Source of the DNA: Alphaproteobacteria bacterium
GTDB lineage: Bacteria; Pseudomonadota; Alphaproteobacteria; UBA7887
Direction of reading: 5' to 3'
Length of the DNA stretch: 64,000 nt
Assembly (NCBI GenBank): GCA_965216755.1
Contig: CBDCGL010000011.1
Coordinates: 1,664,001 to 1,728,000, forward strand
Of the stretch, positions 30,776 through 40,949 are shown in pieces. A model generated the notes under the pieces. That model had not been told where the DNA came from. It ran no database searches and saw only the letters and a program-made list of their open reading frames with translations. Each line of letters begins with the position of its first letter. The stretch's first letter is position 1. Position numbers and translations under genes: made by a program.

Positions 30776-31692
30776 ATCAGGCCGCGGTCGAATTCGTTGA
30801 CGTATCCAAAGCGTATGGGGCCCTGAGAGCTGTTGCCGGGGTCACTCTATCGGTGCCGCCCGGGCAGCGCTTGGCCTTGCTGGGACACAATGGCGCCGGC
30901 AAGACGACGCTCATGAAGCTTATCCTCGGGCTCACTCATGCGAGCGCCGGCGCGATCCGGCTATTTGGCGTCGAAGTTGATGCGCACAACATCGCCAGGC
31001 AGCGCCGCCAGGTTGGTTTTCTACCGGAGAATGTATCTTTTTACGGCGGCATGTCGGCGCGCCAAGTGTTGCGTTTCTACGCCCGGCTCAAGGGCGAGCC
31101 AGCCGCGCGCTGTGATTTCATACTCGAACAGGTGGGACTCTCAGACGCGCTTCGAAAGCCTGTGCGCACCTACTCGAAAGGCATGCGACAACGGCTCGGT
31201 CTGGCCCAAGCCTTGCTCGGCGCGCCCAACCTTCTGCTGCTCGATGAACCGACCTCCGGGCTGGATCCGGCTCTGCGACGCCATTTTTTTGACGTGGTCA
31301 CGGAGCTTGCCGCGGGCGGCTGCGCCGTCATGCTGTCGTCCCACGTGCTGACCGAACTTGAAACACGGACCGATCGGGCCGTCGTCATGAAGAACGGCCG
31401 CGTGATCGCCGATGGCTCACTCGCGGCGCTGCGGCGTGATGCGAATTTGCCGGTGCGCATTCGGCTGGCGGTGCCCCAGGGGCAAGCCGCCGCGATCGCC
31501 GAACGGGTCGACGCGGCGCACCCGACTTTGGTCAACGACCATGCCGTGCATTTGAGCTGCGCCAGTGTTGACAAAGTGAGCGTCGTGCGAAGGATACTTG
31601 ATCTCGGCGTGGCCATCGACGACTTGGATATCACGCCGCCAACGCTCGACGACATTTACGCATATTACCGCGACCGTGAGACATCAACATGA
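30772..31692 (+). CDS. nosF: NosF ABC ATPase
   Basis: GHNGAGKT, YSKGMRQR, LDEPTSGLD; start overlaps the nosD stop. Confidence 0.95.
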   Translation: MNQAAVEFVDVSKAYGALRAVAGVTLSVPPGQRLALLGHNGAGKTTLMKLILGLTHASAGAIRLFGVEVDAHNIARQRRQVGFLPENVSFYGGMSARQVLRFYARLKGEPAARCDFILEQVGLSDALRKPVRTYSKGMRQRLGLAQALLGAPNLLLLDEPTSGLDPALRRHFFDVVTELAAGGCAVMLSSHVLTELETRTDRAVVMKNGRVIADGSLAALRRDANLPVRIRLAVPQGQAAAIAERVDAAHPTLVNDHAVHLSCASVDKVSVVRRILDLGVAIDDLDITPPTLDDIYAYYRDRETST

Positions 31693-32519
31693 ACGCGATC
31701 GCCATCATAGCGGCCAAAGAAGCGCGCGATGGCTTGCGCAATCGCTGGGTCGTGGCAACGACATTGCTACTCGCGGCACTTTCGCTCTCGCTTGTCTTGA
31801 TGGGCAGCGCGCCGGCCGGCCCGCTTGGGGTGGATGCGGTCAGCATCACGGTTGTCAGCCTATCGAGCTTGACCATGTATTTGGTGCCGCTGATCGCGCT
31901 GATGCTGTCCTACGACGCCGTTGTCGCCGAAATCGAGCACGGCACGATGATGCTTCTGCTCGCATATCCGGTCAAACGCTGGCAGGTCATTGTCGGCAAG
32001 TTTACCGGCCATATGGTGCTTCTGACCTTGGCAACGACGCTGGGTTATGGCACGGCGGCGGTCGCGTTGATCCTGATGGACGGTTCCGCGACTAACGCGG
32101 GTTGGCGAGCATTTGCGGTCTTGATCGGTAGTTCTGTATTTCTCGGTGCCGTTTTCGTCGCCTGCGGCTATCTGCTCAGCAGTTTCGTCCGTGAGCGCGC
32201 AACCGCCGCTGGCCTCGCCGTTGCAGCGTGGTTGGTGCTGGTTCTCGTTTACGACCTGTTTCTGCTTGGTCTCTTGGTCGCCGACCAACAGCATGCCATC
32301 GGTGCCGACGTTTTTCCCGTTTTACTTTTGGCCAACCCCGTAGATACATACCGAATTATCAATTTGGCCGGTTTCGAAACTGTCGCCCAATTCTCCGGAT
32401 TGACGGGCATCGGTGCCCAGGCTGCGATTAGCGCCCCAACGCTCATCGCAGCGATGGGCGTTTGGGTGGTTTTGCCGCTTTTCGCCAGCATTGCGATATT
32501 CGCGCGCAGGGAACTATGA
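31689..32519 (+). CDS. nosY: NosY ABC permease
   Basis: KEARDGLRNRW and EIEHGTMMLLLAYP; about 6 TMs. Confidence 0.95.
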   Translation: MNAIAIIAAKEARDGLRNRWVVATTLLLAALSLSLVLMGSAPAGPLGVDAVSITVVSLSSLTMYLVPLIALMLSYDAVVAEIEHGTMMLLLAYPVKRWQVIVGKFTGHMVLLTLATTLGYGTAAVALILMDGSATNAGWRAFAVLIGSSVFLGAVFVACGYLLSSFVRERATAAGLAVAAWLVLVLVYDLFLLGLLVADQQHAIGADVFPVLLLANPVDTYRIINLAGFETVAQFSGLTGIGAQAAISAPTLIAAMGVWVVLPLFASIAIFARREL

Positions 32520-33055
32520 AAGCGATTTTTTCCCGACCGGTGCGTTTCGGCGTTGCCTTGTTGTTCGTGCTCGGCGCATGTGATGAAGCCGAGCTGATTG
32601 AAGCGCCGTCGCCCCAAGAGCCGACACGCGAATCGATCGGCTACTACTGCAACATGATTGTGCCCGATCATCCGGGACCAAAGGGCCAGATTTTTGTTGG
32701 TTCAGATAAAGAGCCGATTTGGTTCAGCTCGGTACGTGACACGATCGCGTTCATGCGCCTTCCGGAGGAACCGAAGAACATTCAAGGCGTCTATGTCAAC
32801 GACATGGGAAAGGCGCAAACCTGGGACCAACCGGAACCCGAAACCTGGATATCTGCACATGACGCATTTTACGTGATTCATAGCAGCCGCCGTGGCGGGA
32901 TGGGGGCAAAAGAGGCCGTTCCGTTTGGAACCGAAGCGGCGGCCCTCGCATTTGCCCAGGAACATGGCGGTCGGGTCGAAACGTTGGCGGATGTTCCGGA
33001 TGAGTATATTTTGGCGGCCGAGAACGGGCCGACACATTCGGGTTCTGACCATTGA
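32516..33055 (+). CDS. nosL: NosL copper chaperone lipoprotein
   Basis: Lipobox LGAC; CNM..HPGPKGQ and GGMGA motifs. Confidence 0.95.
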   Translation: MKAIFSRPVRFGVALLFVLGACDEAELIEAPSPQEPTRESIGYYCNMIVPDHPGPKGQIFVGSDKEPIWFSSVRDTIAFMRLPEEPKNIQGVYVNDMGKAQTWDQPEPETWISAHDAFYVIHSSRRGGMGAKEAVPFGTEAAALAFAQEHGGRVETLADVPDEYILAAENGPTHSGSDH

Positions 33056-33264
33056 CACGGGCGCCTCGGGTTGCCGCGAACTCATAGGTGAACCAAAGAC
33101 TGATAAGGGTGCACGCTTCCCGCCTCCGCCACGTGCCCGCCAGCCATAAGGGCGCAATGGGAAACATCGCCATCCTTGCGCCAACGTTGAGCCAGGGCTT
33201 GGTGCCGGGCTTTGGGTGTATACTGCTAAGTCATCGGGGCCTCAGCGTGTCGGACACCGCTCTA

Positions 33265-34098
33265 GGGCTTGTTGAGAATTAGGATTCCCATGGTGTTGTA
33301 TTTGTGATTCAAGCTTCCTTTTGGGGGCTTTGATGACGCGTACAGTACTTTCAGACGATCAATGGGCCAAGATGGAGCCGCATTGCTTAGGCAAGCGGAC
33401 TGATCCGGGCCGCAGTGGTGATAACAACCGGTTGTTTGTCGAAGGGGTTTTGTGGAAGGCGCGGACGGGCAGTCCTTGGCGCGATCTTCCTGAAGAATTC
33501 GGCAAGTGGAACACGGTATTCAAGCGGTTTGACGATTGGTCGAAGGCGGGCGTTTTCGAACGCCTCTTTGCCGCGGTCTCGGATGACCCTGATATGGAAT
33601 ATGCCATGATCGACGCCACCATTGTTCCGGTCCACCGCCACGGACACGGCGCAAAAGGGGGACTCAAAATCAAGCCATCGGCAAGTCGAAGGGAGGCTGG
33701 ACCACCAAAATCCTTGCGCTGACGGATGGCTTGGGAAATCTCGTACGCTTTGTCCTGCTGGCGGGAAACCGTTACGATACGGTCGGTGTTGCGCCGCTAA
33801 TCGAAGACATCGAATTCGACGCAGTGCTGGCCGATAAAGCATTCGATTCCAACTGGATCATCGAAGAGATGAATGAACGCGGGGCGCAGATCGTCATTTC
33901 GCAACGCCCCCAGAGGTTGGCCCCTCTCAAGATTGATCTGGAGATCTACAAGTGGCGCCACCTGATCGAAAACTTCTTTGCGAAGCTCAAGGAATTCAAA
34001 GCGGTCGCCATGCGTTGCGAAAAGACAGATCGTAACTTTTGTTCCATGATTCACGCATGCGCCGCGGTCATCAATTCTCGATGAATCTCAACAAGCCC
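33265..34098 (+). mobile_element. IS5-family (IS427-like) insertion sequence, apparently intact, 834 bp
   Basis: Perfect 13-bp terminal inverted repeats GGGCTTGTTGAGA / TCTCAACAAGCCC; flanks consistent with a TA duplication in a CTAG target. Confidence 0.92.
33333..34084 (+). CDS. IS5 transposase in two frames joined by a probable programmed -1 frameshift
   Basis: orfA has RTGSPWRDLP and IDAT; AAAAGGGGG at 33653-33661; orfB has LADKAFD and YKWRHLIENFF. Confidence 0.88.
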
Positions 34099-34191
34099 TA
34101 GTCAATACGTAACATGGCTGCACGCCGCCTAAGCGGAGGAAGCACCCGCGTCGGCGACGCAAGATGCGGGTCCTCAGAGAAAGACAAGTCG

Positions 34192-34754
34192 GTGGACACG
34201 GAAAAGCTCGGTACGACGCGATTTTTGAACGTGCTTTTTAAGCTCAGCGGTATGGAGATGGAAAGCCGTTTGCGGCGCCGGCTCGCCAATCCCGCAACGA
34301 CCCTGCGGGGCGCCAATCTCAAACCCGGACAAACAGTTTTGAAAGTAGGCTGCGGCACAGGATTTTTCACTCTGCCCGCCGCCGAGATGATCGGCGCGAC
34401 CGGACACCTGATCGCGATGGACCCTCCATCGGACTTTCTCGACAGAGTTAAGGGGAAGGTTCGCCGCGCGGGCCTGACAAATGTCGACGTCGTCAGACGT
34501 GACGCCCTGAAGACGGGGCTGGATCCGGAAAGTGTCGATGTGGCTCTGCTGTTCGGTGTTCTTCCTTTTCCAACTTTGCCGTTGAAACGGTTGCCGCCTG
34601 AAATGCAATAGTCTTGAAATCCGACGGCGGCTTGGCGATGTGGATGTTTCCTGTCTCGGCCGGCGTACCGTCAGCTATCCTTCGCTCCGGCCTGTTCGCC
34701 AATCAGCAAAGAAAGAACGGCGTCTACACTTACGCAAAAGTCGGCCACGCCTGA
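34192..34754 (+). pseudogene. Class I SAM-dependent methyltransferase, frameshifted
   Basis: VLKVGCGTG motif I (Lys where an acidic residue is usual); stop at 34611, with the reading continuing in another frame as VLKSDGGLAMW...KVGHA-TGA 34754. Confidence 0.65.
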
Positions 34755-34833
34755 AACGCGTCGCCATAAGTACCAGCGACGCGCTCAGGCGCGGGATTGC
34801 GCGAATCGTCAGAGCGTACTGGAGCAGTGTCCG

Positions 34834-36312
34834 TCAATCCGCAACGGGCAATCCGCTGGGGACAATTTTGGGCACAAGATGGTTCAGGTCCTTTGAGGAC
34901 GGATCGGTCAAACTCACCAGAAATGCGAGAATATCTGAAATCTCGCCGTCGCTGAGATCAACCGGCGTCAGCTCATTCGCTTGCGCGATCTTGCCGCGAA
35001 GGGTTTGACTGCGCATGACGAACGAATCGCGCCGAAGAAACCCCTCGAGCCGCTGTCCTTCCAGGCGATAATTGACCAATTTCGGGCCGTTTGCACGGGT
35101 CTCGACGACATGATGCAACTGCGGTAGCAGGTTATCAGGCACTTGGTAACTGTTCAGCGCGCGCACCGGATCCAAATGGTGTCGCACAACAGCCTCGAGG
35201 GATCCATAGGCGCCCGCGTGACCCCAAGGCCCGGTTAGCGTGACATTTCGCAATGATGGTGTGCGAAACTTGTAATTGTCATCCTTGCGTACAGTAACGC
35301 GTCCGCGACCAAAGTCCTCGAGAAACGCCTTGATACCAGTGTCACGCCAATAATTTGCGTCATGACCATCGGCCTTGCCCGGGCCGATTTGAGGCATCGC
35401 AATAGCATGAAAACTGTGATCGGTTTGAAATTTGCCACTATGGCATACGGCGCATTCGGCCTTGCCATAGAACAGTCGCGCACCACGCCCGGCGGCCGGC
35501 GTGAGACCGGTTCCGGTGCGGAGATACTCGTCAAATGGACTATTGTCGGCGCGGAACGCTGTGGCCTCGAACGCCGCTATGGCGTTTGCCGCCAGGACCA
35601 TGCTGATGTCTTTGGGACCACGGACCTCCTGCGGATAGGCCGCTCGAAATAATTCAACATACTTCGGTATAGCTTTCAGACGTTGCGCGAGCAGCGCCCA
35701 AACGCCGTCCGGCCCGGCAGCGTTGTTCAGCGAGATTGCATCGGCAACAGGGTTCTCGCCTTTGTGGCCGGCCATTTCATCTGGCGACGTCGGCGGAAAC
35801 ATGGCCTGGGCGGCCAAGACGTTGTCGAGGCCACGGGGCAGTTTCCATTTCGCGGGAGTGATAAATCCACTCTCGTAATAGCCATGCTTATCGACCTCTA
35901 CCCGACCGTCATGAAACATACGTTCGAACGCCCGGGCGCCAAGGTTGAACAGCGCAGGCGTGTTACGTGGCACACGACCATGGACACTTTCCACAACACT
36001 GGCACCGGTGCGCCGATCGGGTCCAAGGCCTTTAGGTCCTTCACCGAGCGGCAGCGCGACCGCGTCAGCGCCCGCCAATGCCGGATGGTGGCACGAGCCA
36101 CAAGATATGTTGCGATTGCCGCTGAGTACTTTGTCAAAGAACAATAGCCTGCCAAGCTCGACTTTGGCCTTTGCCGGGGCCCCTTGGTCAAAATAGTCGG
36201 CGTCGGTCACAGGTGCCGGTAGACTAGGCGCGCCTTCGCCTTCGTGTCCGGCGGCGAGGGGCGCGTAGGCACAAACGGTGAATGCCACTGTCAGGTTGAT
36301 CAACGTTCTCAC
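34834..36312 (-). CDS. Diheme cytochrome c peroxidase/MauG superfamily protein
   Basis: Signal peptide; LGRLLFFD..LS, CGSCH, RNTPALFN, CAVCH, FRTPSLRNV and AFLVSLTD motifs. Confidence 0.92.
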   Translation of the reverse strand: MRTLINLTVAFTVCAYAPLAAGHEGEGAPSLPAPVTDADYFDQGAPAKAKVELGRLLFFDKVLSGNRNISCGSCHHPALAGADAVALPLGEGPKGLGPDRRTGASVVESVHGRVPRNTPALFNLGARAFERMFHDGRVEVDKHGYYESGFITPAKWKLPRGLDNVLAAQAMFPPTSPDEMAGHKGENPVADAISLNNAAGPDGVWALLAQRLKAIPKYVELFRAAYPQEVRGPKDISMVLAANAIAAFEATAFRADNSPFDEYLRTGTGLTPAAGRGARLFYGKAECAVCHSGKFQTDHSFHAIAMPQIGPGKADGHDANYWRDTGIKAFLEDFGRGRVTVRKDDNYKFRTPSLRNVTLTGPWGHAGAYGSLEAVVRHHLDPVRALNSYQVPDNLLPQLHHVVETRANGPKLVNYRLEGQRLEGFLRRDSFVMRSQTLRGKIAQANELTPVDLSDGEISDILAFLVSLTDPSSKDLNHLVPKIVPSGLPVAD

Positions 36313-36355
36313 GGTTCTGTTCCCTGCCGGTCCGTAGGTAGATGGAGATACGGCA

Positions 36356-36387
36356 GCACCCGTCCCCGACAGACCGGGGACGGATGC
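36356..36387. other. Intergenic GC-rich stem-loop (mRNA stabiliser or attenuator)
   Basis: CCGTCCCCG-ACAGAC-CGGGGACGG between the partner gene and the MauG-like gene; no U-tract. Confidence 0.5.
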
Positions 36388-36407
36388 GATTTGCCCGCTT
36401 GACGTGG

Positions 36408-37154
36408 CTATTCCGACGTCGCCACGACCTCGACACCATCTCGCAGAGGCAATGCGACGAAAAGCGGTATGTGGGCGTCCTTGCCGAAGTGACCAGGGTG
36501 ACCGCCCCAGGTTCTGCCATCGCTATGGTAATTGATAGCGAGCACGGAGGTTGTCCACGTATCGGACATTTGAAGGCAAGGCTGAAAGACGTGCTTGAAT
36601 GCTTTGGTACCATCTGCCGCGGCGGTAAACGCACTCTCGGAACCGTCCCGGGCCCCCAATGGCAGATCCAGTGTACCGGTGAACGGCTCGGGCGGCGGAA
36701 TCGCAATGAACGCGTGCCAGATCGTATAGACGCCGTTCGGAACCAATCCGGAGAACGAAAGATCCAGTGTGCCGGTACCGTCCTTGCAGGCATATGTCCC
36801 GGTGCCCTGATGTCGCAACCACTCGCCAAGAGTAAAGCCCAACGGGACTGCGCCTTGATAAGGGCCAACCGCATCGGCGTCGAAGGGATTGTGATGCTGT
36901 TCCTCGGTCAGCCGGTACAAGGGCGCATTCATGTCGTGGTCACCTTTGGTGACCCTGTAGAACTGGCCCGACCCGAGTCTCCTCTCAATGTAAACGTCTT
37001 GCTCCGGCAAATCCGCCTCTAAATGCGTGATGAACGCCAATTCGACAGTCACGTCTTCCGCGATAGATGCGCTCGGTGTAAGGGCCACAATCGCGGCCGA
37101 CACAGCCAACACAGACGATGAAAAACTCATTAGTGCACGAATTGGTCGAGTCAT
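36408..37154 (-). CDS. Exported His-rich hypothetical protein
   Basis: GAGG RBS before ATG 37154; signal peptide ending ASIA; protein-like composition; family not recognised. Confidence 0.75.
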   Translation of the reverse strand: MTRPIRALMSFSSSVLAVSAAIVALTPSASIAEDVTVELAFITHLEADLPEQDVYIERRLGSGQFYRVTKGDHDMNAPLYRLTEEQHHNPFDADAVGPYQGAVPLGFTLGEWLRHQGTGTYACKDGTGTLDLSFSGLVPNGVYTIWHAFIAIPPPEPFTGTLDLPLGARDGSESAFTAAADGTKAFKHVFQPCLQMSDTWTTSVLAINYHSDGRTWGGHPGHFGKDAHIPLFVALPLRDGVEVVATSE

Positions 37155-38165
37155 TGCGTACCTCGTTAGTTTGTTTTGCATCACAATGCGCTCATGAGAT
37201 CATTCGACGAGCAATTAACAAAACCCGACAACGAGCGAAAAACACCAAAAGATCTCATCGGAAGCGCTCCACGTTAGCAATGGCGATCGGAATCGCTTAC
37301 GAATACACCGAAGTGTTTCTTCGTGCGGATAGTTCACGCTATGAGGTTCGTTTTCTATGAACAAGTTCACAGACCCGAAAACAGCCTGCATCCACTGGTC
37401 GCGCGCGTCGTGCTGCACGCGGCCCGACCTTCTTGCACCAGTAACTCCACCCGAAGGAACACGTGCGTGCCGTCAGAGATCACAAACCAATCGTGCGTCG
37501 CGTGATGTCGCTGTTGGTTCGGGCTGTAGCCACGAGCCGACCCTGGAACGCGTGCCGACTAATAACCACTTGTCCAGCGAACAACATTGTTACTCTGGCA
37601 AAATTATCGTGCTCACTAAATTTCATTGTACGTCGCTTGACCCTGAACGTGGAATGCTTGCGCGAACGGGACCCGGGCCTTCGGACGATCGTTGGGGCGG
37701 CGGCAATTTGCCCGAATCTGACCACGTCCAACCGTCTAAAGTCGTCGTTACTCTCGTTGGACAATCCATCGATGCCCAACTCGGTGAATTTGGCGTGGCT
37801 TGAATCACAACCGAGGCAAGATTCACTGACGCGCCAGTCAGGTAATCAACCGGCCTGGCGACCTTGGCCCCAGCGACAGCGCTCGGTCTCGGTTTGGCCA
37901 CGGGCGTCACACATATGACCGAGCGCCATACACGGTCAGGCATCCGTGGCGCTCATCTCCGAGACCGACAAGACAGTCGTTATCCGAAAGCTTTGGCATC
38001 GCCATGCGTAGCCCGGCTCCGCCCCGCGACGCAATCCGCATCGCAGTTGCAGCGGCCTATCTCAGGCGTAAAAACGCGCACGCGCGTCCGGCAACGACTT
38101 TTCCACAATTTTTTTTGCAACCGACTGCGCAGCTGCGAAAAAAGTCTTTACGAGATTGACCGAAC

Positions 38166-38241
38166 TGGCGTCCCCAACGGGATTCGAACCCGTGTTGCCG
38201 GCGTGAAAGGCCGGTGTCCTAGGCCTCTAGACGATGGGGAC
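38166..38241 (-). tRNA. tRNA-Glu (TTC)
   Basis: GTCCCCATCGTCTAGAGGCCTAGGACACCGGCCT-TTC-ACGCCGGCAACACGGGTTCGAATCCCGTTGGGGACGCCA; 76-nt cloverleaf with encoded CCA. Confidence 0.97.
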
Positions 38242-38295
38242 GCAGATGCCGACCGGCGGTCCGCGCGCAACCTATAAATCGCCCTGGCGCCACCG

Positions 38296-39111
38296 TCAAC
38301 CGGCCCGACCCGACGGGCTCATCAGAACGTCTTTGGCTTCGTTGATCTTGGCCGCCAGATAGTCGGACCCGCCGCGATCAGGATGATTCTTCTGCATCAG
38401 CTTGCGATGCGCCTCTTTGATCGCCGTTTCGTCAACGCCCTCGTCCAAGCCCAATATCGCCAACGCCTCCTCTCGGCTCATCGCGCTGTGGCCGGCGCGT
38501 TGCGCCCGCGCGTGGCGCTCTTGGCGTTCGAATGAATCACGCCATTCATCGCCGTGGGCCCGATCGAGATACGTCTCAAAGAGCTGCAAAGACCGCGGAT
38601 CTTCAGCTCGCAGCATCTGATGGAACACAAACGCGTCATGTTCGGAAAGGCTGTCCAATGACCGACCGGCGAACGGGCCCCGCAAAACCTCTCCGGACAC
38701 GTCGCCGCTGGCATGGTCCAGATGCATGCGCAGCCATCCGGTCGCAACCTCGGAAGCCGTGCCCGCACCAGCCCCCGCGCCACCTGCCCCACCAGGTGAA
38801 CGATACGGGCCGTATGATGTCCGATGCTGCGCCTGTGCCTGCCGCCACAAACGCCCCAGTTGCCACAAGCCAAACCAGCCGGACAAAGGCACCGCCCGAA
38901 ACACACGCCACGCGATCGCCGCAATGCCCGCCGGTATCGCGGCCAGAGCTGTCTGCCCGCGCACCAACAAGAGCAACGCCAGAATGACTCCAAGGCTGAT
39001 GAGGCTCCAGCGCAATATCTGCGCCAGGGTTGCTGGACTGGTGGCAACAATTGCGCGCACCAAGAGCAACACCAGCCCCAGCAGTGCAACACCGAGCAAA
39101 AGATAGGTCAT
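38296..39111 (-). CDS. Membrane-anchored J-domain protein
   Basis: N-terminal TMs; C-terminal [23 protein letters not shown]. Confidence 0.9.
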   Translation of the reverse strand: MTYLLLGVALLGLVLLLVRAIVATSPATLAQILRWSLISLGVILALLLLVRGQTALAAIPAGIAAIAWRVFRAVPLSGWFGLWQLGRLWRQAQAQHRTSYGPYRSPGGAGGAGAGAGTASEVATGWLRMHLDHASGDVSGEVLRGPFAGRSLDSLSEHDAFVFHQMLRAEDPRSLQLFETYLDRAHGDEWRDSFERQERHARAQRAGHSAMSREEALAILGLDEGVDETAIKEAHRKLMQKNHPDRGGSDYLAAKINEAKDVLMSPSGRAG

Positions 39112-39129
39112 GGCCGCGACCGAGCGTGT

Positions 39130-39840
39130 CTAACGCCGAGGGCGGGCGGCGATTTGCAGTACGGTCCGCCCGGCCCGCTTGTGGAAATCCTGCAACGCGC
39201 GATGGCCACCGACTGCGTAGATTGCGACAGCTGCCAGAAGTTCTTTCAAAATCCGCGCACTGGCCATGTTGAATTGGCAATAGGCACCGCCAGAGAGCTG
39301 CGCAATCTGCTTAAAGGCGCGGGCGACGATCACGTCGTTACCTTCCTGGAACACAAACGCCGGCACACCATGCAAGCCCATTTCGCCGGCCCGATGGCAA
39401 ACCGCGTCGATATCCTCTTCAAAGGCGTCGCCGACAAACACCAAAGCGTTGACCTTTTGGCGCTCGGTCTCGCGCACCGCATGTGCCAAGACGCGGCTAA
39501 TCTGGGTGCGCCCACCCAAGCAGCGCACGGCAGTCATTTGCCGTACCATAACTGCGGCATCGTCGGTGAACGGCGTTGCATGCAATTCGCGAAAGCCGCG
39601 ATAATAAACCAACTGAACCAGCAACCGGCCGATTGCCGCCGCCTCGGAGAACATCTCGGCCTGGATATGGCTGGCTGTATCCCAGGTTGGCTCTCGGCTC
39701 GCCGTCGCGTCCATGGCAAAAATCAACCGTCCAACGCCGCTGCCAGCATTGGCACGGGGGCTCTGCCGCACCTTCTCCAGAAAACCGTCGATGTCGGCGT
39801 CCGAGGACCGTGTCGGCAGCTTATCGCGATCGCCTGCCAT
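39130..39840 (-). CDS. VWA domain protein
   Basis: DATASR MIDAS-like motif, GGRTQI and VFVGDAFEE. Confidence 0.85.
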   Translation of the reverse strand: MAGDRDKLPTRSSDADIDGFLEKVRQSPRANAGSGVGRLIFAMDATASREPTWDTASHIQAEMFSEAAAIGRLLVQLVYYRGFRELHATPFTDDAAVMVRQMTAVRCLGGRTQISRVLAHAVRETERQKVNALVFVGDAFEEDIDAVCHRAGEMGLHGVPAFVFQEGNDVIVARAFKQIAQLSGGAYCQFNMASARILKELLAAVAIYAVGGHRALQDFHKRAGRTVLQIAARPRR

Positions 39841-39923
39841 CGATGTTAGTTCGCCTCGATCGTGCCTTGCTCGTTACCGGTGTTCACCGCCCAGGAATTG
39901 TCGCGGCGCGCCGCCTCATGTCC

Positions 39924-40811
39924 TTATAGATTGGCGCCGACCGCCGAAGTTCCAAGCGACCGATCGCCATCAAGCGCCGGCGACGACAAAATCGCTTCGA
40001 GCAGGCCGCGCAGTTCAGAGCGCCCGGCAATGTGCGACATGGTCATCTTAACGCCGCTATCGCGCCCGCCCAAATCCAACAATGTGAGTCCCTTGAGGAA
40101 CAATTCGCGAAAAATGACCCGCTCCCCGAAACCTGGCACAATGCGAAATCCGATCCGTTTGCTCAATCGGTCGACCAAATCGGCGATATCACGCATGTTG
40201 CGGCTTTCCAGGCTCGAAAGTCGGTTGCGCATGACAATCCAATCGATTGACCGGCGATCGCGTCGGGCGCGCACTTTCTTCTGCTCCCAAACCATCTCGG
40301 CATAGTGGCTCGGCCCGATGATTGTGCCCGTGTCACCGTCGACAGTGCCAAGAACATCGAAATCGACCAGCGAGTCGTTGATCGGCGTCACCAAAACATC
40401 GGCGTGGGAGTGGCTTAATCGCGACAGAGCGGAATCCGATCCGGGCGTGTCGACAACCACATAGTCATTGCGCAGCGCTAGCCGCTCCAAACCCGCGGCC
40501 AGCGAAGCTTCATCCGCTTCGATAATTCTGTTTTCGCAACCTGTTGGGGGTTCCCACTCGTGCTGTGTCGAATCCGGTCGCACCAGGCAGTGCTCCGGCA
40601 TCACCATGCCCATCGCCCCGCCATCGCGGTAGTTCGCACGGTTTTGCAGGAAGCGGGTCAATGTCCCTTGGCGCGAATCCACGTCGACGCTCCCAACCCG
40701 ATAGCCGAGCCTGAGCAACCCGACCACGACATGAACTGCGACGGTGGATTTACCAGATCCGCCTTTTTCATTGCCGATAATGATAGTCCGACCCGGCGGC
40801 GCAGCGCGCAT
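39924..40811 (-). CDS. mipZ: Division-plane positioning ATPase MipZ
   Basis: GNEKGGSGKST, DTPGSD, TPINDSLVDFD and ERVIFRELF motifs. Confidence 0.92.
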   Translation of the reverse strand: MRAAPPGRTIIIGNEKGGSGKSTVAVHVVVGLLRLGYRVGSVDVDSRQGTLTRFLQNRANYRDGGAMGMVMPEHCLVRPDSTQHEWEPPTGCENRIIEADEASLAAGLERLALRNDYVVVDTPGSDSALSRLSHSHADVLVTPINDSLVDFDVLGTVDGDTGTIIGPSHYAEMVWEQKKVRARRDRRSIDWIVMRNRLSSLESRNMRDIADLVDRLSKRIGFRIVPGFGERVIFRELFLKGLTLLDLGGRDSGVKMTMSHIAGRSELRGLLEAILSSPALDGDRSLGTSAVGANL

Positions 40812-40949
40812 GGCTTCTCCCGAAATGACCTGAGACGGCTCAAGTGTAACATGCCCCGGGACCCGTCAAAACGACCCGAACGCGTTGCGAGTGGATAGGG
40901 CCTGCGGCATAGTCGCGAAAACGCGTTCAGGTTTTGGACCCGACGAATC

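Noticed and set aside
38296-40811. mipZ-VWA-J-domain cluster as a novel system
   Set aside because: To my knowledge a commonly conserved alphaproteobacterial arrangement
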